Assembly (NCBI GenBank): GCA_963668175.1 | Contig: OY764159.1 | Coordinates: forward strand, 768,001 to 832,000 | Source: Syntrophales bacterium | GTDB taxonomy: Bacteria; Desulfobacterota; Syntrophia; Syntrophales; PHBD01 | Length of the DNA stretch: 64,000 bases | Direction: 5' to 3' | Part shown: in pieces, positions 48,717 to 58,976 of the stretch | How the letters are laid out: each line of letters begins with the position of its first letter | Numbering within the stretch: the stretch's first letter is position 1 | Program-made: the position numbers and the translations under genes | The notes under the pieces: model-generated | What the model was told of the DNA's origin: nothing | What the model saw: only the letters and a program-made list of their open reading frames with translations | Database searches by the model: none

Positions 48717-49538
48717 ATGACGGATAGGACCGAGCATCTTTTGATAGACGGGAGGCTTATGACAGGACATATCTCCCGCCGCTTCTGGCGGGTTTGGCAA
48801 AGGAATTTCATGGTCTATCAAAGAAACTGGCTGGTGAATTTTATCCCGCCTCTTCTGGAGCCTCTCCTTTACCTGATGGCGTTCGGTGTGGGATTGAACC
48901 GCCTGATCGGGGATATCGATTATCGGGGGATGCGCTTATCTTACGCGGCTTTCATTGCTCCCGGGCTTCTGGCCGTCAATATGATGAACAACGCTTTTTT
49001 CGAAAATACGTATGGATCTTTTGTCCGGATGTATTATCAGAAAACCTTCGACGCCATGATGGCCACGCCGCTCAATCTGCCGGAAATCATCACGGGGGAG
49101 ATTATCTGGGGGGCCACGAAATCCGTAATCGCCACGTCTATTATGATCGGCGTGATCAGCCTGTTCGGATTCGTACATTACCCGACCGGACTTCTGGTTA
49201 TCCCGCTTTCATTTTTAGGTGGAATGGTTTTCGGTTCGCTGGGGATGTATTTCACGGGGACGGTTCAGAACATCGAGATATTCAATCTGCCCATTTTTCT
49301 TTTCATCACCCCGATGTTCCTATTCAGCGGCACGTTCTTTCCCCTGGAGACACTGCCATCATGGGCCCAGACGGTTTCCGCCGTGTTGCCGCTGACCCAC
49401 CTGGCCCATCTCTGCCGTTGCTTCTGTCTCGGTATCTACGACGATCGGGTGATTGGGGGTATGATCTTTATCCTGATTTTTATCCTGGTCTTCTTTCCTT
49501 TGGCCGTCACCAGGATGCGCCGCCGCCTTATCAGGTAG
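48717..49538 (+). CDS. ABC-2 exporter permease (NodJ-like)
   Basis: VWQRN, EPLLYLMAFG, FIAPGL and PMFLFSGTFFPL motifs; the real start may be ATG 48759. Confidence 0.92.
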   Translation: MTDRTEHLLIDGRLMTGHISRRFWRVWQRNFMVYQRNWLVNFIPPLLEPLLYLMAFGVGLNRLIGDIDYRGMRLSYAAFIAPGLLAVNMMNNAFFENTYGSFVRMYYQKTFDAMMATPLNLPEIITGEIIWGATKSVIATSIMIGVISLFGFVHYPTGLLVIPLSFLGGMVFGSLGMYFTGTVQNIEIFNLPIFLFITPMFLFSGTFFPLETLPSWAQTVSAVLPLTHLAHLCRCFCLGIYDDRVIGGMIFILIFILVFFPLAVTRMRRRLIR

Positions 49539-49560
49539 GCGGCCTTGCTTTCGTGTCTTG

Positions 49561-50871
49561 CTACTTGGAAGATTCGATGTACTGGACGATCTTCTCGGCG
49601 ATGGTCTTGACGACGTATTCGAACTTAGCCGGGTCCTTTTCCAAGAGCGTCATCCTGAAGCCCGGCAGCGCCGTGGAGAACGAAGAAAGCGGCACAACGC
49701 AGATTCCCGTTGACCCCAGGAGGTAATAGACGAAACGTTTGTCGAAATCGATGTTGCCGGCGATCAGTTTTTCGATGTACTCCTTGACATCGTCGTGCTC
49801 GATGGGAAGCGTCTGCCGGCTGTTCAGCACGGCTTCGTTGAAGACGGCCGTCATGTAGAAGGCGCCGTTGGTCCGGTTAACCGTCAGCCAGGGCACATCC
49901 TTCAGGATGTTGTAGGCGATGTTGGACAGTCTTTCGTAGTTTTGCCTCCGTTCCGTCAGGTAATTCTGGTATTCGGGATGTTCCATGATCTTGGGGATGG
50001 CGGTCTGGGGCAGCGTCGTTGAACATACCTCCGACATCTTCTGATTGAGGATTGTGTTGATATAACGCCGAAACTGCTCGTCCTTGTCGGCGTTGTAAAC
50101 CTCTATCCAGCCGCAACGGGAACCCGGCCAGGGGAATTCCTTGGAAATACCTTTCATGCTGACAGCCGGGACATCCTCGACAACGTCGGACAATGGCGAT
50201 GTCTTCTTGCCGTTGTAAATGATGTTGTGATAGGTTTCATCAAAGATGAGAAAGAGGTCGTATTCCTTGGCGATCTTGACGATCTGGCGCAGCGTGTCTG
50301 TCGGGTAAACAAAACCGGTCGGATTGTCCGGATTGATGACGAGAATACCGACTATGGCCTGATGGCTCTTGACCTTCTGCTCCAGTTCGCGCATGTTGGG
50401 ATACCATTTGCTGTATGGATCCATCCGATACGTATTGGCCGGGAATGAGGCGTGCAGCACCTCCGCCAGGAAATGGGTCGAATAGGTCGGTTCCGGAAGT
50501 ATAATACGTGCGTCGATCTGAATAGCGCTATAGGATCGGGCAATGGCATCCCCCAGCCCGTTGAAGAAAATGATGTCTTCAGGACTGATTTGGACGTGGC
50601 CCCGCTGATTGACCTTATTGGCGAGATATTCCCGGGTCGCATTCATGCCTTTCGTCGGCGAATACGCAAAGGACATATCGTCCCTGATGATTTCGATGAT
50701 GACTTCCTTCATCCAGTCGGGGATCTTCTCGCCCTTCTGCACCGGATCACCGATATTTTCCCAGTGGACCTCAACCCCATATTCCTTGAGTTTGTTGGCC
50801 ACATTGACGATGTTGCGTATCTCGTACGTCAATCCGCTGCCGCCTTTACAAATATTGAATCTCATATCCAT
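49561..50871 (-). CDS. PLP-dependent aminotransferase class I/II
   Basis: LTYEIR, NIGDP, INPDNPTG, FDETY and ISKEFPWPGSRCGW motifs. Confidence 0.93.
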   Translation of the reverse strand: MDMRFNICKGGSGLTYEIRNIVNVANKLKEYGVEVHWENIGDPVQKGEKIPDWMKEVIIEIIRDDMSFAYSPTKGMNATREYLANKVNQRGHVQISPEDIIFFNGLGDAIARSYSAIQIDARIILPEPTYSTHFLAEVLHASFPANTYRMDPYSKWYPNMRELEQKVKSHQAIVGILVINPDNPTGFVYPTDTLRQIVKIAKEYDLFLIFDETYHNIIYNGKKTSPLSDVVEDVPAVSMKGISKEFPWPGSRCGWIEVYNADKDEQFRRYINTILNQKMSEVCSTTLPQTAIPKIMEHPEYQNYLTERRQNYERLSNIAYNILKDVPWLTVNRTNGAFYMTAVFNEAVLNSRQTLPIEHDDVKEYIEKLIAGNIDFDKRFVYYLLGSTGICVVPLSSFSTALPGFRMTLLEKDPAKFEYVVKTIAEKIVQYIESSK

Positions 50872-51065
50872 TCCCTTCGGGTTAAATCAAGCGCGTTGAA
50901 AAAGTGCATATTACATCTTTTAAGAATTATCCACAAAATTCTCATCTTCCGGCGATCTCCGGTCCAAATCGGAAACGGGCCATATTTTTCTGGATTTGAA
51001 AGCATATTTCCCTTAAAATTACGACAATCAAAATCGACGGGTTTGCGCCCGGAAGTGAGGATTGA

Positions 51066-51374
51066 ATGCAGAAAGCAGGTAGATTTTTCTTGACGGTCAC
51101 GGCGGCCCTCCTCCTGACGACAGGTATTGGAGATTTGGCATGGGCGGCCGAGCGTGAGATCCGGCTGACCGTGCCCGAGTGCGCCACCTGAGGCGGGCGG
51201 TCCAGGATAGGTACTATCCTGAAAAGAACGCCGGGTGTTATAAAATACGAAATTCCCGGAGACAACAAGGTGCTTGTTACCTTTAACGATGAAAAGACCA
51301 AAGCGGAGGATATCGTCAGGAGTCTGACCAGGGGCGGCGCAACGGTCAGGGGAAACCCGGAATATGTAAAATAA
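51066..51374 (+). CDS. Secreted heavy-metal-associated (HMA/MerP-like) protein, probable selenoprotein with CxxU motif (TGA 51189-51191, codon 42)
   Basis: MQKAGRFFLTVTAALLLTTGIGDLAWA-AEREIRLTVPEC-A-T-U-GGRSRIGTILKRTPGVIKYEIPGDNKVLVTFNDEKTKAEDIVRSLTRGGATVRGNPEYVK*. GAGGA RBS; perfect hairpin 11 nt after the TGA. Absent from the ORF track. Confidence 0.82.
51203..51221 (+). promoter_or_regulatory. Candidate bacterial SECIS element
   Basis: CAGGATAG-GTA-CTATCCTG, a perfect 8-bp stem with a G-first loop, starting 11 nt after the TGA. Confidence 0.75.
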
Positions 51375-51443
51375 ATAGGATGTGCATGGCTTCAATAAGC
51401 TTTGCACGCCCGGGACGGAACCATCGTTACAGATGAAGTGAAC

Positions 51444-52634
51444 TCACTTGCGCTCCTTCTCGTCCGATATGAGACGATCCATCCGAAAGTGCAGGAGCAT
51501 GTCGATGAAAGAGGCCGTACGGAGCGGATTTTCGTTCATGGCATACAGCCTGTCCGTCTGAAGAGATGGTGATGGCCCCGGAAAATCCAGCGTCCAGGCG
51601 GAAATCTTCTCCAGCATCCGGTGAAGATCGGGACTGACCGATTCCCCCGACCGGATAGGCAGTATCTTAAATCCGGCAGCGGCCGTTTCTACCTCCGCGA
51701 CCCGTCCTTCATTCTTTCTCCTCCGGGTTTTTCTCTCATAACGGCCCATTTGCCCCGATAAATCTTCATTCGCTTCGCGAACCCGGACATAATAGCCCGT
51801 TCGAAGTACGATAGGGCCTGCCGGGCTCGAAGATGCGATTGTTGTATCTTCGGGGACTTGGAAGAGAACCAGATAGCTTCCCTTGTCGCGGGATTCCTTC
51901 GCGAGCGTATCCCAGGGAATGGTAAGCTCTCGCACAGTACGGGATAATTTCAGATTCCGGTCCCAACGGACGGCGATGGCCTGAAAGTGCAGGCGGTCCT
52001 TCATGGCGGCGAATGTCCGGGCAAAGGCATAATCCGTATGAAAATCGGGCAGGAAGAAACGGACATCCGCTGAGTGAACGAGAAAAATAACACGGCATTT
52101 CACACCCATATCCACACGCGCCGCCAGCTCCAGGAGATGCTTCCTCCCGCGTTCCGTGACCGCGTCGGGGAACATGGCGAGTTGTCTGCCGAAGAGGGTG
52201 CAGGATTTCACTTCGATGAGGATCTTCTCGCGTCCTTTCTGCACGAGCAGATCGAACCTGCTCTTTCCCTGCTTCACTTCCGTTCCGATGACGCGCGCAC
52301 CCTCGAGGCCTTTGATTCTGTCCCGTTCGATAAGGGCTCTCACGATGTCGTTGGCCTTCTGGGTATGGAGGAGGATGATCCGTCCCTCCTTTTCCACGGC
52401 CACGGCGGTAAAAAACGTTTTTCTTTCGGGAGCATCCGTATTTTTAACGAGGGCGATGGGTTGTTCCGGCAACAGCAGTTCCCAAAGACGACCAGGGTTG
52501 GGCAAGTGCGCTGTCACCTTCTTGCCTTGAAGGCGGCATTCAACGATGAAACGGTTGGGACGGGAGAGAAATTCACCCCAGCGGACATTGCTGAATAGCG
52601 GTACGGAGAATGGATCGTCATGCTGGTGCTCCAT
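51444..52634 (-). CDS. sfsA: DNA/RNA nuclease SfsA fused to a degenerate DUF123/GIY-YIG-like C-terminal domain
   Basis: RPNRF, HLPNPGRL, SRFD, IEVKSCTL and FPDAVTERGRKHL motifs; C-terminal KGSYLVL…GYYV region. Confidence 0.85.
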   Translation of the reverse strand: MEHQHDDPFSVPLFSNVRWGEFLSRPNRFIVECRLQGKKVTAHLPNPGRLWELLLPEQPIALVKNTDAPERKTFFTAVAVEKEGRIILLHTQKANDIVRALIERDRIKGLEGARVIGTEVKQGKSRFDLLVQKGREKILIEVKSCTLFGRQLAMFPDAVTERGRKHLLELAARVDMGVKCRVIFLVHSADVRFFLPDFHTDYAFARTFAAMKDRLHFQAIAVRWDRNLKLSRTVRELTIPWDTLAKESRDKGSYLVLFQVPEDTTIASSSPAGPIVLRTGYYVRVREANEDLSGQMGRYERKTRRRKNEGRVAEVETAAAGFKILPIRSGESVSPDLHRMLEKISAWTLDFPGPSPSLQTDRLYAMNENPLRTASFIDMLLHFRMDRLISDEKERK

Positions 52635-52817
52635 AGAGGTTACAATCGCTCCCAAGTATTAATGCTGCTTGCATTTTAGGCGATGTGTCGATACATTGCC
52701 ATAAAAAACGACAGGAAGGGATTTCGACGAACATGCGCCGATACCTCCGAAGAGGTTGGTTGAAAGTTAGTATGCAGAGGGAAAACGGACGATTCATCTT
52801 CCCGGATGTAAGCGGCC

Positions 52818-54002
52818 ATGCGCTATCCTGAACTGATTCTGAAACGAGAGCGGGAGCGCTCCCTGCAAAAGGGGCATCCTTGGCTCTTTTCCGGCGCTAT
52901 CGCCCGCGTGAACGGGCATCCCCGGCCGGGAGATATCGTTTCCGCCGTGACGCACTCGGGAGAGCCGGTAGGACTCGGCTTTTACAATCCGGCTACCGAT
53001 ATCTCTTTTCGCTTGTTGACCGCCCGGGTGTCGGAGACCATCGACGACCGTTTCTGGGAGGACAGGATACGTTCCGCCTTCAACTTACGGCAGCGGGTTG
53101 TCCCGCCTGAGACGACGGCTTATCGTTTGATCAATGCGGAGGGGGACGGTATGCCGGGCCTGATTGTCGATCGCTACGATCGTTGCCTGGTCGTTTCGCT
53201 GGCTACGGCCGGCGTGGAAAAGTACCGTTCGGAGATCGTAGGCGGTTTGATACGGGTAATTTCGCCCGGGACGATCTATGAAAGAAGCGAAAGCAAGGCG
53301 AGGCAACTGGAAGGGTTGTCGGAGCGGAAAGGACTTATCTACGGAGAGGAACCTCCCGGCTTCATCGAGATCGTGGAAAACGGCCTGACCTTCGCGGTCG
53401 ATGTCGTCGCGGGGCAAAAGACGGGTTTTTTTCTCGATCAGCGAAAGAACCGCGAATGCATCGAAAAAGTGAGCAAAGGGACGAAGGTGCTCAACTGCTT
53501 TTCCTACACCGGGGCCTTCTCGGTCTATGCCGTCCGCGGCGGCGCGGAGAGAGTGACTTCCGTCGATGTTTCCGCCCCGGCCTGCGACATGGCGAGGGAC
53601 AACCTTACCCGCAACGGTTTCCCGCCGGACCGGCATCCCGTCGTTCAGGCCGATGTCTTTTCCTATCTGAGGGAGACCGAGGAGACATTCGACCTGATTA
53701 TCCTCGATCCCCCGGCCTTTGCCAAATCGAAAAAGGATGTGCCCCGGTCCGCACGCGGTTACAAGGACATCAACCTCCAGGCCGCCCGCAGGCTTTCTCC
53801 CGGGGGCCTGCTGGCTACCTTCTCCTGCTCCAACTATATCGGCGAGGAACTTTTTGAGAAGATCGTTGCCGGGGCCGTTCTGGATGCCGGCAAAGAAGCC
53901 AGGCTGATCGAAAGACTGGGACCCGGGGGGGACCATCCCGTCAATTTGGCGCATCCCGAAGGTCGCTATCTCAAGGGACTGCTGCTCGGTATCTCGGGGT
54001 GA
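52818..54002 (+). CDS. RlmI-like 23S rRNA m5C1962 methyltransferase
   Basis: GHPWLFSGAI, EGDGMPGLIVDRY, GQKTGFFLDQR, LNCFSYTG, DPPAF and EGRYLK motifs. Confidence 0.93.
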   Translation: MRYPELILKRERERSLQKGHPWLFSGAIARVNGHPRPGDIVSAVTHSGEPVGLGFYNPATDISFRLLTARVSETIDDRFWEDRIRSAFNLRQRVVPPETTAYRLINAEGDGMPGLIVDRYDRCLVVSLATAGVEKYRSEIVGGLIRVISPGTIYERSESKARQLEGLSERKGLIYGEEPPGFIEIVENGLTFAVDVVAGQKTGFFLDQRKNRECIEKVSKGTKVLNCFSYTGAFSVYAVRGGAERVTSVDVSAPACDMARDNLTRNGFPPDRHPVVQADVFSYLRETEETFDLIILDPPAFAKSKKDVPRSARGYKDINLQAARRLSPGGLLATFSCSNYIGEELFEKIVAGAVLDAGKEARLIERLGPGGDHPVNLAHPEGRYLKGLLLGISG

Positions 54003-54122
54003 ATTACCGATCGCGCCGTCATCTGCATTCGGCATTTAAGGGTATGCTATGAAGATATCAGCCGGAAGAAAAGAAATCGCCGGTTTGGATTCCAAGTCTA
54101 TGTCAGGGCGGAGCATCGCAGC

Positions 54123-55202
54123 ATGACCATTCTTGACCGTTATGTGACCAAAGAGTTTTTGAGGCTTTTGGTCCTGATTCTCATGACCCTGATCCTGCTT
54201 TCCCTGCTTGTCGATTTCTTCGGTAAAATCAGGATGTTTCTTTCCAACCATGCGACGTTTGCCCAGATGGCGTCCTATTTTCTCTGGGAAATCCCCCTTT
54301 TTGTCTCCCTGACCCTTCCGGCTTCCGTCCTTCTGGCATCGCTCATCACATTCGCATCCTTCTCGCGATCCAATGAAATCATCGCCATGAAGGCCAACGG
54401 CATAAGTCTCTACAGGACATCGCTGCCCGTCATCGTTATTTCGGCCTTTATCTGCATCATTACGTTTTTCGTAAGCGAGTTCCTGACCCCTTATGGTATC
54501 GATAAATCCGAATATATCAGGCTTGTGGATGTTCAAAAGCAGACCGACAAGGGAACCTTCAAACAGAACCAGATCTGGTACAGGGGACATTCGGCCATCT
54601 ATAACTTCAGGTTTTTTGACCCGGAAAGGAATATCCTCAAAGGGATTACCATTTTTTATCTCAATTCCTCTTTCCATCTGACGTCGAGGCTTGACGCCGA
54701 GTGGGCCGAATGGCGGGATGGGGCATGGGTCGGCCACAATCTCCTGATCACGACCTTCAAGTCGGAAACCTTCCCCGGTCTCGAATGGGTCAAGCAGAAA
54801 CCCCTGGCGATTCCCGAGCAGCCGTCGGATTTCAAAGTGGTCCAAAAAGACTCGGAGAAAATGAATTATCTGGAACTCCGCCGCTATATCAACAAGATGC
54901 GGGAGGAAGGGTACGATACGGCCCGTTACCAGGTCGATATGTATGGCCGGACGGCTTTCCCCTTCATCACCTTAATTCTTGTATTTATCGGTATCTCTTT
55001 TTCCCTGAGATTAGGCCGTAGCGGAGGCGTAACCCGAAGTATCGGTTTAGGAATCGTCATCGGGTTTTCGTACTGGCTTGTTCATGCCTTCTCTTTGTCG
55101 CTCGGCCGCTCCGGATCGCTGCCCCCGATCCTGTCTGCCTGGATGGCCAACATTCTTTTTATGGCTGCTGCGGCCTATATGTTTTACCATGTCGAGACCT
55201 GA
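54123..55202 (+). CDS. lptG: LPS export ABC permease LptG
   Basis: MTILDRY, SNEIIAMKANGIS, periplasmic beta-jellyroll region and LPPILSAWMAN. Confidence 0.88.
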   Translation: MTILDRYVTKEFLRLLVLILMTLILLSLLVDFFGKIRMFLSNHATFAQMASYFLWEIPLFVSLTLPASVLLASLITFASFSRSNEIIAMKANGISLYRTSLPVIVISAFICIITFFVSEFLTPYGIDKSEYIRLVDVQKQTDKGTFKQNQIWYRGHSAIYNFRFFDPERNILKGITIFYLNSSFHLTSRLDAEWAEWRDGAWVGHNLLITTFKSETFPGLEWVKQKPLAIPEQPSDFKVVQKDSEKMNYLELRRYINKMREEGYDTARYQVDMYGRTAFPFITLILVFIGISFSLRLGRSGGVTRSIGLGIVIGFSYWLVHAFSLSLGRSGSLPPILSAWMANILFMAAAAYMFYHVET

Positions 55203-55316
55203 AACACCGTATGATACGATCGCAATCCCCTTCCATGGCGGCGGAGAAATCATTTGCCCGAAGAACTTGATTCATGTATATGTCCACGTTTGGCTCAAGA
55301 GGAGCGATAGAGCGAG

Positions 55317-56201
55317 ATGGAACCGTCGTCCACCGTGATCATGATTGTGAGGATAGCCCATCTCATCCCTGCCGCGGTCAGGAAAGGGATGTTCAAGGCG
55401 GTATGCCGTCTTTTTTATTACATATCGGCAAAGCACAGGATGATTACCCTCTTCAATCTTAAATGCGCCTTTCCGGACAAGGACTTGCGTGAGCTGGAGG
55501 CTATCGCCAAGGGCGTCTACCGGAATCTGGGCATCGTTGCGGCCGAATTCTTCGACCTCCCTTATCTGAACAGTCAGAATATCAGGGACATCGTCGAGGT
55601 TGAAGGATTAGAAAACTATCAACGTGCGCTTGCCAAGAATAAAGGTATTCTGACCTTCGGGGGACATTTCGGCAACTGGGAATTGAGCGCCGTGGCCTTC
55701 TCACTTTATGCCAGGCCCATTGTCGTCATTTACCGGCCCCTGGACAGCCCGATTCTGGATGCGTTGGTCAGGTATGTGCGCTCTTCGACGGGTAATATCC
55801 CGTTGGCGACGGCTCATGCCATGAGGCCGATGATTCGGCATTTGAAGAAAAATGATATGATCGGTCTTCTGGTCGATCAGAATGTGGCCTGGCAGGAGGG
55901 CGTTTTCGTCGATTATTTCGGCCGGCCCGCCTGCACGACCGATGGTTTGGCGCTCCTGGCCATGCATACGGGGGCCGCCGTTCTTCCCTCTTATCTCGTC
56001 AGGATGGAGAACGGCCGGTACCGGCTGGTATTTGAGGAGGAACTGCAGCTCGTTCGTACGGGCGACCGAAGTGCCGATGCGAGGATCAACACGCAGATGA
56101 TCACGAAGAAGATCGAGGATATCGTTCGTCGATACCCCGATCAATGGCTCTGGATCCATCAGCGTTGGAAGACGAAAGCCTGTCAAGCCCGGTGGCAGTA
56201 A
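55317..56201 (+). CDS. Lipid A late acyltransferase (LpxL/HtrB family)
   Basis: GHFGNWE, LVDQ, VDYFG and YPDQWLWIHQRWK motifs. Confidence 0.92.
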   Translation: MEPSSTVIMIVRIAHLIPAAVRKGMFKAVCRLFYYISAKHRMITLFNLKCAFPDKDLRELEAIAKGVYRNLGIVAAEFFDLPYLNSQNIRDIVEVEGLENYQRALAKNKGILTFGGHFGNWELSAVAFSLYARPIVVIYRPLDSPILDALVRYVRSSTGNIPLATAHAMRPMIRHLKKNDMIGLLVDQNVAWQEGVFVDYFGRPACTTDGLALLAMHTGAAVLPSYLVRMENGRYRLVFEEELQLVRTGDRSADARINTQMITKKIEDIVRRYPDQWLWIHQRWKTKACQARWQ

Positions 56202-56239
56202 CAGAGCTTACATATGGATTGCTGAACAGCCTATAATAT

Positions 56240-57331
56240 ATGGATCAATCAATAAAGTTGAAAGTAAGAGCCGCGAAGGCCATTCCCTTCGAACGGGTCG
56301 AGCGCCTCCTGATCAGGGGCACGAACTGGATCGGCGACGCCGTCATGACCATGCCGGCCATTGCCGCCATCAGAAAATCGTTCCCCCGGGCCAGGATTTC
56401 CATCCTCGTCAAGCCCTGGGTTGCCGAACTATTCTATATCAATCCCGATGTCGACGAGGTCGTTATTTTCGAAGATCCCGGACGCCATTCCGGACCCACG
56501 GGGAAATTCAGACTCTCCATGGAACTTCGGGAAAGGCGTTTCGATGCGGCCATCCTGCTGCAGAATGCCATCGAAGCGGCCATTATTGCCGGACTGGCCG
56601 GTATCCCCATCCGCGCCGGTTACAATTCGGATGTCCGGGGAATGCTTCTGACCCACTCGGTACGGCGTACGCCGGCCATCTTCAAGGTCCACCAGGTCGA
56701 CTATTACCTGGAGATGGTCAAAGCGCTGGGTTGTCAGTCGGCGGGGCGCACCCTCGATCTTCGTCCCTCGGAAGAATACAGAAAGTTGGCAGATGAGGTT
56801 CTAGCACCGTTCGGATTCGACAAGGAACGGTTTCTGGTCGGCCTGGCCCCGGGGGCCACTTACGGGCCGGCGAAAAAGTGGTTCCCGGAACGTTTTGCCG
56901 CGGTTGCCGATCATGTCATGGATCATTACCCGGCACAGGTCGTCCTGTTCGGAAGCGCCGCGGACAGGGACTCCCTCGGCGCGGTAGCCGCGAACGCCCA
57001 TCATCCATTGATCGATCTGGCCGGGAAGACAAGCCTCAAGGAGGCGATCGGGCTGATTTCCCGCTGCCGTCTCTTTGTGTCAAACGATTCGGGACTTATG
57101 CATATCGCCGGGGCACTCGACATCCCTACCCTCGCCATTTTCGGGTCCACGAATCCCGTAACGACATCCCCCGTGGGCAGCAGGTCCGTAGTCATCCGGA
57201 AAGATGTATCGTGCAGCCCCTGTCTGAAGGTTTCCTGCCCGACGGATTTCCGCTGCATGAGCCTCATCAAGACCGACGAAATATGCCGCGCCGCGGATGA
57301 TATGCTGCGGTTGCCCCCCGGTGGCGAGTGA
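56240..57331 (+). CDS. waaF: LPS heptosyltransferase II
   Basis: NWIGDAVM, PGATYGPAKKW, SNDSGLMH and IFGST motifs. Confidence 0.93.
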   Translation: MDQSIKLKVRAAKAIPFERVERLLIRGTNWIGDAVMTMPAIAAIRKSFPRARISILVKPWVAELFYINPDVDEVVIFEDPGRHSGPTGKFRLSMELRERRFDAAILLQNAIEAAIIAGLAGIPIRAGYNSDVRGMLLTHSVRRTPAIFKVHQVDYYLEMVKALGCQSAGRTLDLRPSEEYRKLADEVLAPFGFDKERFLVGLAPGATYGPAKKWFPERFAAVADHVMDHYPAQVVLFGSAADRDSLGAVAANAHHPLIDLAGKTSLKEAIGLISRCRLFVSNDSGLMHIAGALDIPTLAIFGSTNPVTTSPVGSRSVVIRKDVSCSPCLKVSCPTDFRCMSLIKTDEICRAADDMLRLPPGGE

Positions 57332-57338
57332 AAACGAG

Positions 57339-57908
57339 ATGAAAAAGCATTCAGCCGTTTTTTTCGACCGTGACGGGACCATCAACGAGGAAGTGGGTTA
57401 TTTGTCCAGCCTCGACCAACTGGCCATCTATCCCGTGTCTTACGAGGCCGTGCGCCGCGTCAACGAAGCGGGCATGAAGGCCGTTGTCATCACGAACCAG
57501 TCCGGCGTAGCCAGGGGGTTCTTTCCGGAGGCGTTCCTGGATGTGCTTCATCGCCGCATGCGGGAGCTCCTGGCCGAAGAGGGGGCCTTCATCGACGGCT
57601 TTTACTACTGTCCCCATCATCCGACCGAAGGAAGCGATACGTACCGTCGAAAGTGCAACTGCCGAAAACCGGAGATAGGCATGCTGACGGCGGCGGCACA
57701 GGAACTGGATATCGATCTTGAGCGGTCTTATCTCATCGGAGACCATGCTTCGGACATGGAGGCGGCCAGGCGGGCGTCCGCCAAAGGTATTATGGTCCGG
57801 ACCGGCCACGGCGAGGTTGAGATCGTGAAGGCCGGTCATTTGGCGAATTTCATCGCCGCCGACGTTCTCGAAGCCGTCCAGTGGATCATGAGGGATAGAG
57901 CAAAGTGA
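57339..57908 (+). CDS. gmhB: D-glycero-D-manno-heptose 1,7-bisphosphate phosphatase
   Basis: FDRDGTIN, TNQSGVARG, YCPHH, CNCRKP and IGD motifs. Confidence 0.93.
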   Translation: MKKHSAVFFDRDGTINEEVGYLSSLDQLAIYPVSYEAVRRVNEAGMKAVVITNQSGVARGFFPEAFLDVLHRRMRELLAEEGAFIDGFYYCPHHPTEGSDTYRRKCNCRKPEIGMLTAAAQELDIDLERSYLIGDHASDMEAARRASAKGIMVRTGHGEVEIVKAGHLANFIAADVLEAVQWIMRDRAK

Positions 57909-58936
57909 ATATCCTGGTCGTTAAATTAAGCGCCATCGGGGACGTGATCCACACGCTGCCCTCCGTCGCCTGCCTGCGACGACGATATCCGGATGCCCAT
58001 ATCACCTGGATCATCGAGGAGGCTGCCGCCGATCTCATCCGAAATCATCCCCATGTGGACAGGGTTATCGTTTCTTCGCGCAAACGGTGGCTGCGGGAGA
58101 TCAGACAAGGGAACATCAGGAAGCCCTTCCGCGAAGCGAACGCGATGCTGCATCTCTTACAGGATAGGACTTATGACCTGGTCATCGATTTTCACGGCCT
58201 TTTCAAGAGCGCCGTTTTCGTTTTTCTGAGCCGGGGCAGGCGAAAGCTCGGATACGACAGCATGCAGGAACTGAGCGGACTTTTCCTGAACGAAAAGATT
58301 CCCGAAGACATGAACAAGCATGCCGTCGACCGTTATCTCGACTTCCTCCGCTATCTGGGGGTCGAAGACCCGACGCCCGAATTCTTGATTCCCTACGCTG
58401 ATGAGAACAGGCGGAAGATCGACCGTCTCTTGGACACAAACGGGATCGACCGGCAACGTCCCCTGGTGGCCGTGAGCCCCGTAGCATTGTGGGATACGAA
58501 GCTCTGGCAGGAAGAGAAGTTCGCCGAACTCGCCGACAGGATAGCCGGTGAGTTGAACTGTCAGGTTGTTCTGACGGGACAGGACAGGATTATCCTTGAT
58601 CGCATCGGAGCGCTCGCGAAACGCCCGCCGGTCAATTTGGGGGGGATGACCACCCTCAGGGATCTTGCCTGTTTATATCAGAAGGCCTCGGTCCTCGTGA
58701 CGACCGATTCGGGTCCCATGCACCTGGCGGCGGCGGTGCAAACGCCGGTCGTGGCCCTTTTCGGTCCGACCGACCCCGGACGAACGGGACCTTACGGAAC
58801 GGGGCATAAAGTTCTCACCGCACCACTGCCGTGCCGACCCTGTTTCAAGAAGACCTGCGACACCCAGGCGTGCATGCGGGAGATATCGGTCGCCGATGTC
58901 TTTGACGCCGTCCGAGAAAAAATCTATGGGTTGTAG
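57905..58936 (+). CDS. Glycosyltransferase family 9 (heptosyltransferase I-like)
   Basis: ILVVKLSAIGDVIH, DFHGLFKS, DSGPMHLAAA and LFGPT motifs. Confidence 0.9.
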   Translation: MNILVVKLSAIGDVIHTLPSVACLRRRYPDAHITWIIEEAAADLIRNHPHVDRVIVSSRKRWLREIRQGNIRKPFREANAMLHLLQDRTYDLVIDFHGLFKSAVFVFLSRGRRKLGYDSMQELSGLFLNEKIPEDMNKHAVDRYLDFLRYLGVEDPTPEFLIPYADENRRKIDRLLDTNGIDRQRPLVAVSPVALWDTKLWQEEKFAELADRIAGELNCQVVLTGQDRIILDRIGALAKRPPVNLGGMTTLRDLACLYQKASVLVTTDSGPMHLAAAVQTPVVALFGPTDPGRTGPYGTGHKVLTAPLPCRPCFKKTCDTQACMREISVADVFDAVREKIYGL

Positions 58937-58976
58937 AAGAGCTGTGATATGAATAGGCCGAGGAGGGTAAATATCT

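Noticed and set aside
50862..51407. Minus-strand ORFs 50862..51407 and 50942..51301
   Set aside because: No motifs; better explained as antisense to the plus-strand CxxU HMA gene.
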